Positions 51,601-64,000 of a stretch of 64,000 bases of DNA are shown one piece after another. Below the pieces are notes generated by a model that worked only from the letters and a program-made list of their open reading frames with translations, searched no databases and had not been told where the DNA came from. A program made the translations under genes and the position numbers. Within the stretch, counting starts at the first letter, position 1. Each line of letters begins with the position of its first letter. Source of the stretch: the human T2T-CHM13v2.0 reference genome, Homo sapiens; NCBI RefSeq assembly GCF_009914755.1, contig NC_060928.1. One strand, written 5' to 3'.

Positions 51601-54600
51601 CGTTGGAAACGGGAGTTTCTTCATAGAAACTCAAGACAGATGCATTCTCAGAAACATCTCTGTGATGTTTGCATTCCACTCATAGAGTTGAAAACTTCCT
51701 TTCATAGAGCAGGTTTGAAACACTCTTTTTGTAATATTTGGAAGTGGACATTTGCAGCGCTTTGAGGCCTATGGTGAAAAAGGAAATATCTTCTCATAAA
51801 AACCAGAAACAAGCATTCTCAGAAACTTCTTTTTGATGTGTGTACTCAAGTAACAGAGTTGAACCTTCCTTTTGACACAGCAGTTTTGAAACAATCTTTT
51901 TGTAGAATCTGCAAGTGGATATTTGGATAGCTTTGAGGATTTCGTTGGAAACGGGATATCTTCATATAAAATCTAGACAGAAGCATTCTCAGAAACTTCT
52001 TTGTGCTGTATGTCCTCAATTAACAGAGTTGAACCATTGCTTGGATACAGCATTTTGGAAACATTCCTTGAGTAGAATCTGCAAGTTGATATTTAGATAG
52101 ATTTGAAGATTTCGTTGGAAAAGGGAATATCTCCATATAAAATCTAGAGGGAAGCATTCTCAGAAACTGCTTTGTGATGTTTCCATTCAAGTCACAGAGT
52201 TGAATATTCCCTTTTATAGAGCACGTTTGAAACACTCTTTCTGCACTATCTGGAAGTGGACATTTCGAGCGCTTTGAGGCCTATGGTGAAAAAGGAAATA
52301 TCTTCCCATAAAAACTAGACAGAAGCATTCTCAGAAACTTGTTTGTGATGTGTGTATTCAACTAACAGAGTTGAACTTTTGTTTTTACAGAGCCGTTTTA
52401 AAACACTCTTTTTGTGGAATCAGAAAGTGGATATTCGGATGGCTCTGAGGATTTCGTTGGAAGCGGGATTACGTATAAAATCTAGAGAGAAGCATTCTCA
52501 GGAACTTCTTTGTGATGTTTGCATTGAAGTCACAGAATTGAACATTCACTTTGATAGAGCAGGTTTGAAACACTCATTCTGTAGTATCTGGAAGTGGACA
52601 TTTCAAGCGCTTTCAGGCCTATGGTGAGAAAGGAAATATCTTCGAATAAAAACTAGACAGAAGCATCCTCAGAAACTTATTTGTGATGTGTGTCCTCAAC
52701 TAACAGAGTTGAAACTTTGTTTTGATACAGCATTTTGGAAACACTCTTTTTGTAGAATCTGCAGGTGGATATTTGGATAGCTTAGAGGGATTCGTTGGAA
52801 AGGGGATATCTTCATATAAAATCTAGACAGAAGCATTCTCAGAAACTTATTTGTGATGTGTGTCCTCAACTAACAGAGTTGAACCTTGGTTTTCATACAG
52901 CATTTTGGAAACGCTCCTTTTGTAGAATCTGCAGGTGGATATGTGGATAGCTCTGAAGATTTCGTTGGAAACGGGAATTTCTTCATATAAAATCAAACAG
53001 AAGCATTCTCAGAAACTTCTCAGTGATGTTTGCATTCAGCTCATGGAGTTGAACACTTCCTTTCATAGAGCCGGTTTGAAACACTCTTTCTGCACTACCT
53101 GGAAGAGGACATTTCGAGCGCTTTGAGTCCTATGGTGAAAAAGGAAATATCTTCTCATAAAAACCAGAAAGAAGCATTCTCAGAAACTTCTTTGTGTTGT
53201 GTGTACTCATGTAACAGTGTTGAACCATCCTTTTGACAGAGCAGTTTTGAAACACTCTTTTTGTAGAATCTGCAAGTGGATATTTGGATAGCTTTGAGGA
53301 TTTCGTTGGAAACGGGATGACATATAATATCTAGAGAGAAGCATTCTCAGGAACTTCTTTGTGATGTTTGCATTCAAGTCACAGAATTGAACATTCCCTT
53401 TCATAGAGCAGGTTTGAAACACTCTTTCTCTAGTATCTGGAAGTGGGCATTTCAAGCGCTTTCAGGCCTCTGGAGAGAAAGGAAATACCTTCAAATAAAA
53501 ACTAGACAGAAGCATTCTCAGAAACTTATTTGTGATGTGTGTCCTCAACTAACAGAGTTGAACCTTTGTTTTGATACAGCATTTTGGAAACACTCCTTTT
53601 GTAGAATCTGCAGGTGGATATTTGGATAACTTTGAAGATTTCGTTGGAAACCGGAATATCTTCATATAAAATCAAGACAGAAGCATTCTCGGAAACATCT
53701 CTGTGATGTTTGCATTCAACTCAGTAGAGTTGAACACTTCCTTTCATAGAGCCGGTTTGAAACACTCTTTCTGCACTACCTGGAAGCGGACATTTCGAGC
53801 GCTTTGAGGCCTATGGTGAAAAAGGAAATATCTTCTCATAAAAACCAGAAAGAAGCATTCTCAGAAACTTCTTTGTGTTGTGTGTACTCAAGTAACAGTG
53901 TTGAACCTTCCTTTTGACACAGCAGTTTTGAAACACTCTTTTGGTAGAATCTGCAAGTGGATATTTGGATAGCTTTGAGGATTTCGTTGGAAACGGGTTA
54001 TCTTCATATAAAATCCAGACAGGAGCATTCTCAGAAACTTCTTTGTGCTGCATGTCCTCAATTCACAGAGCTGAACCTTTGTTTGGATACAGCATTTTGG
54101 AAACATTCCTTTAGTAGAATCTGCAAGTTGATATTTAGATAGCTTTGAAGATTTCGTTGGAAACGGGAATATCTTCATAGAAAATCTAGACGGAAGCATT
54201 CTCAGAAACTGCTTTGTGATGTTTGCATTCAAGTCACAGAGTTGAATATTCCCTTTTATAGAGTAGGTTTGAAACACTCTTTCGGCACTACCTGGAAGTG
54301 GATATTTCGAGCTCTTTGAGGCCTATGGTTAAAAGGAAATATCTTCCCATAAAAACTAGACAGAAGCCGTCTCAGAAACTTGTTTGTGATGCGTGTATTC
54401 AACTAACAGAGTTGAACATTTCTGTTACAGAGCAATTTTAAAACACTCTTTTTGTGGAATCTGAAAGTGGATAATTGGATAGCTTTGTGGATTTCGTTGG
54501 AAACGGGATGACGTATAAAATCTAGAGAGAAGCATTCTCAGGAACTTCTTTCTGATGTTTGCATTCAAGTCACAGAATTGAACATTCCTTTTCATAGTGC

Positions 54601-57600
54601 AGGTTTGAAACACTCTTTCTGTAGTATCTGGAAGTGGACATTTCAAGCGCTTTCAGGCCTACGGGGAGAAAGGAAATATCTTCAAATAAAAACTAGACAG
54701 AAGGATTCTCAGAAACTTATTTGTGATGTGTGTCCTAAACGAACACAGTTGAACCTTTGTTTTGATACAGCATTTTGGAAACACTCCTTTTGTAGGATCT
54801 GCAGGTGGATATTTGGATAGATTTTAAGATTTCGTTGGAAACGGGAGTTTCTTCATAGAAACTCAAGACAGATGCATTCTCAGAAACATCTCTGTGATGT
54901 TTGCATTCCACTCATAGAGTTGAAAACTTCCTTTCATAGAGCAGGTTTGAAACACTCTTTTTGTAATATTTGGAAGTGGACATTTGCAGCGCTTTGAGGC
55001 CTATGGTGAAAAAGGAAATATCTTCTCATAAAAACCAGAAACAAGCATTCTCAGAAACTTCTTTTTGATGTGTGTACTCAAGTAACAGAGTTGAACCTTC
55101 CTTTTGACACAGCAGTTTTGAAACAATCTTTTTGTAGAATCTGCAAGTGGATATTTGGATAGCTTTGAGGATTTCGTTGGAAACGGGATATCTTCATATA
55201 AAATCTAGACAGAAGCATTCTCAGAAACTTCTTTGTGCTGTATGTCCTCAATTAACAGAGTTGAACCATTGCTTGGATACAGCATTTTGGAAACATTCCT
55301 GGAGTAGAATCTGCAAGTTGATATTTAGATAGATTTGAAGATTTCGTTGGAAAAGGGAATATCTCCATATAAAATCTAGAGGGAAGCATTCTCAGAAACT
55401 GCTTTGTGATGTTTCCATTCAAGTCACAGAGTTGAATATTCCCTTTTATAGAGCACGTTTGAAACACTCTTTCTGCACTATCTGGAAGTGGACATTTCGA
55501 GCGCTTTGAGGCCTATGGTGAAAAAGGAAATATCTTCCCATAAAAACTAGACAGAAGCATTCTCAGAAACTTGTTTGTGATGTGTGTATTCAACTAACAG
55601 AGTTGAACTTTTGTTTTTACAGAGCCGTTTTAAAACACTCTTTTTGTGGAATCAGAAAGTGGATATTCGGATGGCTCTGAGGATTTCGTTGGAAGCGGGA
55701 TTACATATAAAATCTAGAGAGAAGCATTCTCAGGAACTTCTTTGTGATGTTTGCATTGAAGTCACAGAATTGAACATTCACTTTGATAGAGCAGGTTTGA
55801 AACACTCATTCTGTAGTATCTGGAAGTGGACATTTCAATCGCTTTCAGGCCTATGGTGAGAAAGGAAATATCTTCGAATAAAAACTAGACAGAAGCATCC
55901 TCAGAAACTTATTTGTGATGTGTGTCCTCAACTAACAGAGTTGAAACTTTGTTTTGATACAGCATTTTGGAAACACTCTTTTTGTAGAATCTGCAGGTGG
56001 ATATTTGGATAGCTTAGAGAGATTCGTTGGAAAGGGGATATCTTCATACAAAATCTAGACAGAAGCATTCTCAGAAACTTATTTGTGATGTGTGTCCTCA
56101 ACTAACAGAGTTGAACCTTGGTTTTGATACAGCATTTTGGAAACGCTCCTTTTGTAGAATCTGCAGGTGGATATGTGGATAGCTCTGAAGATTTCGTTGG
56201 AAACGGGAATTTCTTCATATAAAATCAAACAGAAGCATTCTCAGAAACTTCTCAGTGATGTTTGCATTCAGCTCATGGAGTTGAACACTTCCTTTCATAG
56301 AGCCGGTTTGAAACACTCTTTCTGCACTACCTGGAAGAGGACATTTCGAGCGCTTTGAGTCCTATGGTGAAAAAGGAAATATCTTCTCATAAAAACCAGA
56401 AAGAAGCATTCTCAGAAACTTCTTTGTGTTGTGTGTACTCATGTAACAGTGTTGAACCATCCTTTTGACAGAGCAGTTTTGAAACACTCTTTTTGTAGAA
56501 TCTGCAAGTGGATATTTGGATAGCTTTGAGGATTTCGTTGGAAACGGGATGACATATAATATCTAGAGAGAAGCATTCTCAGGAACTTCTTTGTGATGTT
56601 TGCATTCAAGTCACAGAATTGAACATTCCCTTTCATAGAGCAGGTTTGAAACACTCTTTCTCTAGTATCTGGAAGTGGGCATTTCAAGCGCTTTCAGGCC
56701 TCTGGAGAGAAAGGAAATACCTTCAAATAAAAACTAGACAGAAGCATTCTCAGAAACTTATTTGTGATGTGTGTCCTCAACTAACAGAGTTGAACCTTTG
56801 TTTTGATACAGCATTTTGGAAACACTCCTTTTGTAGAATCTGCAGGTGGATATTTGGATAACTTTGAAGATTTCGTTGGAAACCGGAATATCTTCATATA
56901 AAATCAAGACAGAAGCATTCTCGGAAACATCTCTGTGATGTTTGCATTCAACTCAGTAGAGTTGAACACTTCCTTTCATAGAGCCGGTTTGAAACACTCT
57001 TTCTGCACTACCTGGAAGCGGACATTTCGAGCGCTTTGAGGCCTATGGTGAAAAAGGAAATATCTTCTCATAAAAACCAGAAAGAAGCATTCTCAGAAAC
57101 TTCTTTGTGTTGTGTGTACTCAAGTAACAGTGTTGAACCTTCCTTTTGACACAGCAGTTTTGAAACACTCTTTTGGTAGAATCTGCAAGTGGATATTTGG
57201 ATAGCTTTGAGGATTTCGTTGGAAACGGGTTATCTTCATATAAAATCCAGACAGGAGCATTCTCAGAAACTTCTTTGTGCTGCATGTCCTCAATTCACAG
57301 AGCTGAACCTTTGTTTGGATACAGCATTTTGGAAACATTCCTTTAGTAGAATCTGCAAGTTGATATTTAGATAGCTTTGAAGATTTCGTTGGAAACGGGA
57401 ATATCTTCATAGAAAATCTAGACGGAAGCATTCTCAGAAACTGCTTTGTGATGTTTGCATTCAAGTCACAGAGTTGAATATTCCCTTTTATAGAGTAGGT
57501 TTGAAACACTCTTTCGGCACTACCTGGAAGTGGATATTTCGAGCTCTTTGAGGCCTATGGTTAAAAGGAAATATCTTCCCATAAAAACTAGACAGAAGCC

Positions 57601-60600
57601 GTCTCAGAAACTTGTTTGTGATGTGTGTATTCAACTAACAGAGTTGAACATTTCTGTTACAGAGCAATTTTAAAACACTCTTTTTGTGGAATCTGAAAGT
57701 GGATAATTGGATAGCTTTGTGGATTTCGTTGGAAACGGGATGACGTATAAAATCTAGATTGAAGCATTCTCAGGAACTTCTTTCTGATGTTTGCATTCAA
57801 GTCACAGAATTGAACATTCCTTTTCATAGTGCAGGTTTGAAACACTCTTTCTGTAGTATCTGGAAGTGGACATTTCAAGCGCTTTCAGGCCTACGGGGAG
57901 AAAGGAAATATCTTCAAATAAAAACTAGATAGAAGGATTCTCAGAAACTTATTTGTGATGTGTGTCCTAAACGAACACAGTTGAACCTTTGTTTTGATAC
58001 AGCATTTTGGAAACACTCCTTTTGTAGGATCTGCAGGTTGATATTTGGATAGATTTTAAGATTTCGTTGGAAACGGGAGTTTCTTCATAGAAACTCAAGA
58101 CAGATGCATTCTCAGAAACATCTCTGTGATGTTTGCATTCCACTCATAGAGTTGAAAACTTCCTTTCATAGAGCAGGTTTGAAACACTCTTTTTGTAATA
58201 TTTGGAAGTGGACATTTGCAGCGCTTTGAGGCCTATGGTGAAAAAGGAAATATCTTCTCATAAAAACCAGAAACAAGCATTCTCAGAAACTTCTTTTTGA
58301 TGTGTGTACTCAAGTAACAGAGTTGAACCTTCCTTTTGACACAGCAGTTTTGAAACAATCTTTTTGTAGAATCTGCAAGTGGATATTTGGATAGCTTTGA
58401 GGATTTCGTTGGAAACGGGATATCTTCATATAAAATCTAGACAGAAGCATTCTCAGAAACTTCTTTGTGCTGTATGTCCTCAATTAACAGAGTTGAACCA
58501 TTGCTTGGATACAGCATTTTGGAAACATTCCTTGAGTAGAATCTGCAAGTTGATATTTAGATAGATTTGAAGATTTCGTTGGAAAAGGGAATATCTCCAT
58601 ATAAAATCTAGAGGGAAGCATTCTCAGAAACTGCTTTGTGATGTTTCCATTCAAGTCACAGAGTTGAATATTCCCTTTTATAGAGCACGTTTGAAACACT
58701 CTTTCTGCACTATCTGGAAGTGGACATTTCGAGCGCTTTGAGGCCTATGGTGAAAAAGGAAATATCTTCCCATAAAAACTAGACAGAAGCATTCTCAGAA
58801 ACTTGTTTGTGATGTGTGTATTCAACTAACAGAGTTGAACTTTTGTTTTTACAGAGCCGTTTTAAAACACTCTTTTTGTGGAATCAGAAAGTGGATATTC
58901 GGATGGCTCTGAGGATTTCGTTGGAAGCGGGATTACATATAAAATCTAGAGAGAAGCATTCTCAGGAACTTCTTTGTGATGTTTGCATTGAAGTCACAGA
59001 ATTGAACATTCACTTTGATAGAGCAGGTTTGAAACACTCATTCTGTAGTATCTGGAAGTGGACATTTCAAGCGCTTTCAGGCCTATGGTGAGAAAGGAAA
59101 TATCTTCGAATAAAAACTAGACAGAAGCATCCTCAGAAACTTATTTGTGATGTGTGTCCTCAACTAACAGAGTTGAAACTTTGTTTTGATACAGCATTTT
59201 GGAAACACTCTTTTTGTAGAATCTGCAGGTGGATATTTGGATAGCTTAGAGGGATTCGTTGGAAAGGGGATATCTTCATATAAAATCTAGACAGAAGCAT
59301 TCTCAGAAACTTATTTGTGATGTGTGTCCTCAACTAACAGAGTTGAACCTTGGTTTTGATACAGCATTTTGGAAACGCTCCTTTTGTAGAATCTGCAGGT
59401 GGATATGTGGATAGCTCTGAAGATTTCGTTGGAAACGGGAATTTCTTCATATAAAATCAAACAGAAGCATTCTCAGAAACTTCTCAGTGATGTTTGCATT
59501 CAGCTCATGGAGTTGAACACTTCCTTTCATAGAGCCGGTTTGAAACACTCTTTCTGCACTACCTGGAAGAGGACATTTCGAGCGCTTTGAGTCCTATGGT
59601 GAAAAAGGAAATATCTTCTCATAAAAACCAGAAAGAAGCATTCTCAGAAACTTCTTTGTGTTGTGTGTACTCATGTAACAGTGTTGAACCATCCTTTTGA
59701 CAGAGCAGTTTTGAAACACTCTTTTTGTAGAATCTGCAAGTGGATATTTGGATAGCTTTGAGGATTTCGTTGGAAACGGGATGACATATAATATCTAGAG
59801 AGAAGCATTCTCAGGAACTTCTTTGTGATGTTTGCATTCAAGTCACAGAATTGAACATTCCCTTTCATAGAGCAGGTTTGAAACACTCTTTCTCTAGTAT
59901 CTGGAAGTGGGCATTTCAAGCGCTTTCAGGCCTATGGAGAGAAAGGAAATACCTTCAAATAAAAACTAGACAGAAGCATTCTCAGAAACTTATTTGTGAT
60001 GTGTGTCCTCAACTAACAGAGTTGAACCTTTGTTTTGATACAGCATTTTGGAAACACTCCTTTTGTAGAATCTGCAGGTGGATATTTGGATAACTTTGAA
60101 GATTTCGTTGGAAACCGGAATATCTTCATATAAAATCAAGACAGAAGCATTCTCGGAAACATCTCTGTGATGTTTGCATTCAACTCAGTAGAGTTGAACA
60201 CTTCCTTTCATAGAGCCGGTTTGAAACACTCTTTCTGCACTACCTGGAAGCGGACATTTCGAGCGCTTTGAGGCCTATGGTGAAAAAGGAAATATCTTCT
60301 CATAAAAACCAGAAAGAAGCATTCTCAGAAACTTCTTTGTGTTGTGTGTACTCAAGTAACAGTGTTGAACCTTCCTTTTGACACAGCAGTTTTGAAACAC
60401 TCTTTTGGTAGAATCTGCAAGTGGATATTTGGATAGCTTTGAGGATTTCGTTGGAAACGGGTTATCTTCATATAAAATCCAGACAGGAGCATTCTCAGAA
60501 ACTTCTTTGTGCTGCATGTCCTCAATTCACAGAGCTGAACCTTTGTTTGGATACAGCATTTTGGAAACATTCCTTTAGTAGAATCTGCAAGTTGATATTT

Positions 60601-63600
60601 AGATAGCTTTGAAGATTTCGTTGGAAACGGGAATATCTTCATAGAAAATCTAGACGGAAGCATTCTCAGAAACTGCTTTGTGATGTTTGCATTCAAGTCA
60701 CAGAGTTGAATATTCCCTTTTATAGAGTAGGTTTGAAACACTCTTTCGGCACTACCTGGAAGTGGATATTTCGAGCTCTTTGAGGCCTATGGTTAAAAGG
60801 AAATATCTTCCCATAAAAACTAGACAGAAGCCGTCTCAGAAACTTGTTTGTGATGTGTGTATTCAACTAACAGAGTTGAACATTTCTGTTACAGAGCAAT
60901 TTTAAAACACTCTTTTTGTGGAATCTGAAAGTGGATAATTGGATAGCTTTGTGGATTTCGTTGGAAACGGGATGACGTATAAAATCTAGAGAGAAGCATT
61001 CTCAGGAACTTCTTTGTGATGTTTGCATTCAAGTCACAGAATTGAACATTCCTTTTCATAGTGCAGGTTTGAAACACTCTTTCTGTAGTATCTGGAAGTG
61101 GACATTTCAAGCGCTTTCAGGCCTACGGGGAGAAAGGAAATATCTTCAAATAAAAACTAGACAGAAGGATTCTCAGAAACTTATTTGTGATGTGTGTCCT
61201 AAACGAACACAGTTGAACCTTTGTTTAGATACAGCATTTTGGAAACACTCCTTTTGTAGGATCTGCAGGTGGATATTTGGATAGATTTTAAGATTTCGTT
61301 GGAAACGGGAGTTTCTTCATAGAAACTCAAGACAGATGCATTCTCAGAAACATCTCTGTGATGTTTGCATTCCACTCATAGAGTTGAAAACTTCCTTTCA
61401 TAGAGCAGGTTTGAAACACTCTTTTTGTAATATTTGGAAGTGGACATTTGCAGCGCTTTGAGGCCTATGGTGAAAAAGGAAATATCTTCTCATAAAAACC
61501 AGAAACAAGCATTCTCAGAAACTTCTTTTTGATGTGTGTACTCAAGTAACAGAGTTGAACCTTCCTTTTGACACAGCAGTTTTGAAACAATCTTTTTGTA
61601 GAATCTGCAAGTGGATATTTGGATAGCTTTGAGGATTTCGTTGGAAACGGGATATCTTCATATAAAATCTAGACAGAAGCATTCTCAGAAACTTCTTTGT
61701 GCTGTATGTCCTCAATTAACAGAGTTGAACCATTGCTTGGATACAGCATTTTGGAAACATTCCTTGAGTAGAATCTGCAAGTTGATATTGAGATAGATTT
61801 GAAGATTTCGTTGGAAAAGGGAATATCTCCATATAAAATCTAGACGGAAGCATTCTCAGAAACTGCTTTGTGATGTTTCCATTCAAGTCACAGAGTTGAA
61901 TATTCCCTTTTATAGAGCACGTTTGAAACACTCTTTCTGCACTATCTGGAAGTGGACATTTCGAGCGCTTTGAGGCCTATGGTGAAAAAGGAAATATCTT
62001 CCCATAAAAACTAGACAGAAGCATTCTCAGAAACTTGTTTGTGATGTGTGTATTCAACTAACAGAGTTGAACTTTTGTTTTTACAGAGCCGTTTTAAAAC
62101 ACTCTTTTTGTGGAATCAGAAAGTGGATATTCGGATGGCTCTGAGGATTTCGTTGGAAGCGGGATTACATATAAAATCTAGAGAGAAGCATTCTCAGGAA
62201 CTTCTTTGTGATGTTTGCATTGAAGTCACAGAATTGAACATTCACTTTGATAGAGCAGGTTTGAAACACTCATTCTGTAGTATCTGGAAGTGGACATTTC
62301 AAGCGCTTTCAGGCCTATGGTGAGAAAGGAAATATCTTCGAATAAAAACTAGACAGAAGCATCCTCAGAAACTTATTTGTGATGTGTGTCCTCAACTAAC
62401 AGAGTTGAAACTTTGTTTTGATACAGCATTTTGGAAACACTCTTTTTGTAGAATCTGCAGGTGGATATTTGGATAGCTTAGAGGGATTCGTTGGAAAGGG
62501 GATATCTTCATATAAAATCTAGACAGAAGCATTCTCAGAAACTTATTTGTGATGTGTGTCCTCAACTAACAGAGTTGAACCTTGGTTTTGATACAGCATT
62601 TTGGAAACGCTCCTTTTGTAGAATCTGCAGGTGGATATGTGGATAGCTCTGAAGATTTCGTTGGAAACGGGAATTTCTTCATATAAAATCAAACAGAAGC
62701 ATTCTCAGAAACTTCTCAGTGATGTTTGCATTCAGCTCATGGAGTTGAACACTTCCTTTCATAGAGCCGGTTTGAAACACTCTTTCTGCACTACCTGGAA
62801 GAGGACATTTCGAGCGCTTTGAGTCCTATGGTGAAAAAGGAAATATCTTCTCATAAAAACCAGAAAGAAGCATTCTCAGAAACTTCTTTGTGTTGTGTGT
62901 ACTCATGTAACAGTGTTGAACCATCCTTTTGACAGAGCAGTTTTGAAACACTCTTTTTGTAGAATCTGCAAGTGGATATTTGGATAGCTTTGAGGATTTC
63001 GTTGGAAACGGGATGACATATAATATCTAGAGAGAAGCATTCTCAGGAACTTCTTTGTGATGTTTGCATTCAAGTCACAGAATTGAACATTCCCTTTCAT
63101 AGAGCAGGTTTGAAACACTCTTTCTCTAGTATCTGGAAGTGGGCATTTCAAGCGCTTTCAGGCCTATGGAGAGAAAGGAAATACCTTCAAATAAAAACTA
63201 GACAGAAGCATTCTCAGAAACTTATTTGTGATGTGTGTCCTCAACTAACAGAGTTGAACCTTTGTTTTGATACAGCATTTTGGAAACACTCCTTTTGTAG
63301 AATCTGCAGGTGGATATTTGGATAACTTTGAAGATTTCGTTGGAAACCGGAATATCTTCATATAAAATCAAGACAGAAGCATTCTCGGAAACATCTCTGT
63401 GATGTTTGCATTCAACTCAGTAGAGTTGAACACTTCCTTTCATAGAGCCGGTTTGAAACACTCTTTCTGCACTACCTGGAAGCGGACATTTCGAGCGCTT
63501 TGAGGCCTATGGTGAAAAAGGAAATATCTTCTCATAAAAACCAGAAAGAAGCATTCTCAGAAACTTCTTTGTGTTGTGTGTACTCAAGTAACAGTGTTGA

Positions 63601-64000
63601 ACCTTCCTTTTGACACAGCAGTTTTGAAACACTCTTTTGGTAGAATCTGCAAGTGGATATTTGGATAGCTTTGAGGATTTCGTTGGAAACGGGTTATCTT
63701 CATATAAAATCCAGACAGGAGCATTCTCAGAAACTTCTTTGTGCTGCATGTCCTCAATTCACAGAGCTGAACCTTTGTTTGGATACAGCATTTTGGAAAC
63801 ATTCCTTTAGTAGAATCTGCAAGTTGATATTTAGATAGCTTTGAAGATTTCGTTGGAAACGGGAATATCTTCATAGAAAATCTAGACGGAAGCATTCTCA
63901 GAAACTGCTTTGTGATGTTTGCATTCAAGTCACAGAGTTGAATATTCCCTTTTATAGAGTAGGTTTGAAACACTCTTTCGGCACTACCTGGAAGTGGATA
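42630..64000 (+). repeat. Run of canonical 3232-bp 19-mer units (six complete plus one partial)
   Basis: Unit starts at 42630, 45862, 49094, 52326, 55558, 58790 and 62022 (the last truncated by the window end in m12). Confidence 0.95.

Larger units (their letters stand above)
1..64000 (+). repeat. Alpha-satellite (alphoid) centromeric HOR array, basic unit 19 monomers / 3232 bp; probably human chr4 D4Z1 (SF2)
   Basis: The monomer start CATTCTCAGAAAC recurs every 166-172 bp throughout. Monomers carry either TTCGTTGGAAACGGGA (CENP-B box, B-type) or GGCCTATGGTGAAAAAGGAAAT (pJ-alpha region, A-type). The identical ORF translation recurs with a 3232-bp period (156, 3388; 45888, 49120, 52352, 55584, 58816, 62048). 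Alpha-satellite identity is certain. The chr4 assignment rests on recalled 19-mer/3.2-kb HOR size (about 0.8 confidence). Confidence 0.98.

Noticed and set aside
156-63973. Numerous recurring 61-129-aa ORFs on both strands
   Set aside because: They are translations of satellite monomers, many with GTG/TTG-type starts, overlapping on both strands, with no recognisable domain. They are broken or fused by single SNPs and indels (e.g. lost at ~32583 and 57930). Recurrence reflects DNA repetition, not coding constraint.
1-64000. CRISPR-like repeat/spacer appearance of recurring motifs (CATTCTCAGAAAC, TTTGAAACACTC)
   Set aside because: The intervening sequences are homologous monomer bodies repeated in fixed order, not unique spacers, and there are no cas genes.
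1-64000. Inversions, L1/Alu insertions or non-alphoid islands
   Set aside because: All monomers read in the same orientation and the unit spacings are fully accounted for by whole monomers plus 1-4-bp indels. I saw no poly-A tails or target-site duplications.

Overview
The whole 64-kb window is one uninterrupted, single-orientation array of primate alpha-satellite DNA (~171-bp monomers). It is organised as a 19-monomer, 3232-bp higher-order repeat (HOR) with near-identical copies and dense CENP-B boxes. From recollection, not a search, this best matches the human chromosome 4 active centromeric array (D4Z1 / S2C4H1L, suprachromosomal family 2). I see no genes, RNA genes, transposons, inversions or CRISPR arrays, and all listed ORFs are incidental translations of the satellite. 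I found no new protein-coding system. The real signal is the array's recombination history. Monomer numbering m1-m19 is my own, with m1 starting at 130. Visible events: a 23-mer from an internal 681-bp duplication; five 1017-bp 6-mer variants forming a local 19+6 (25-mer, ~4.25-kb) super-period; a cryptic 3233-bp tandem duplication that mimics a canonical unit; a 7-mer variant; a short m10-into-m6 conversion tract; nested SNP haplotype blocks; and an older 7+7+5 substructure within the 19-mer.
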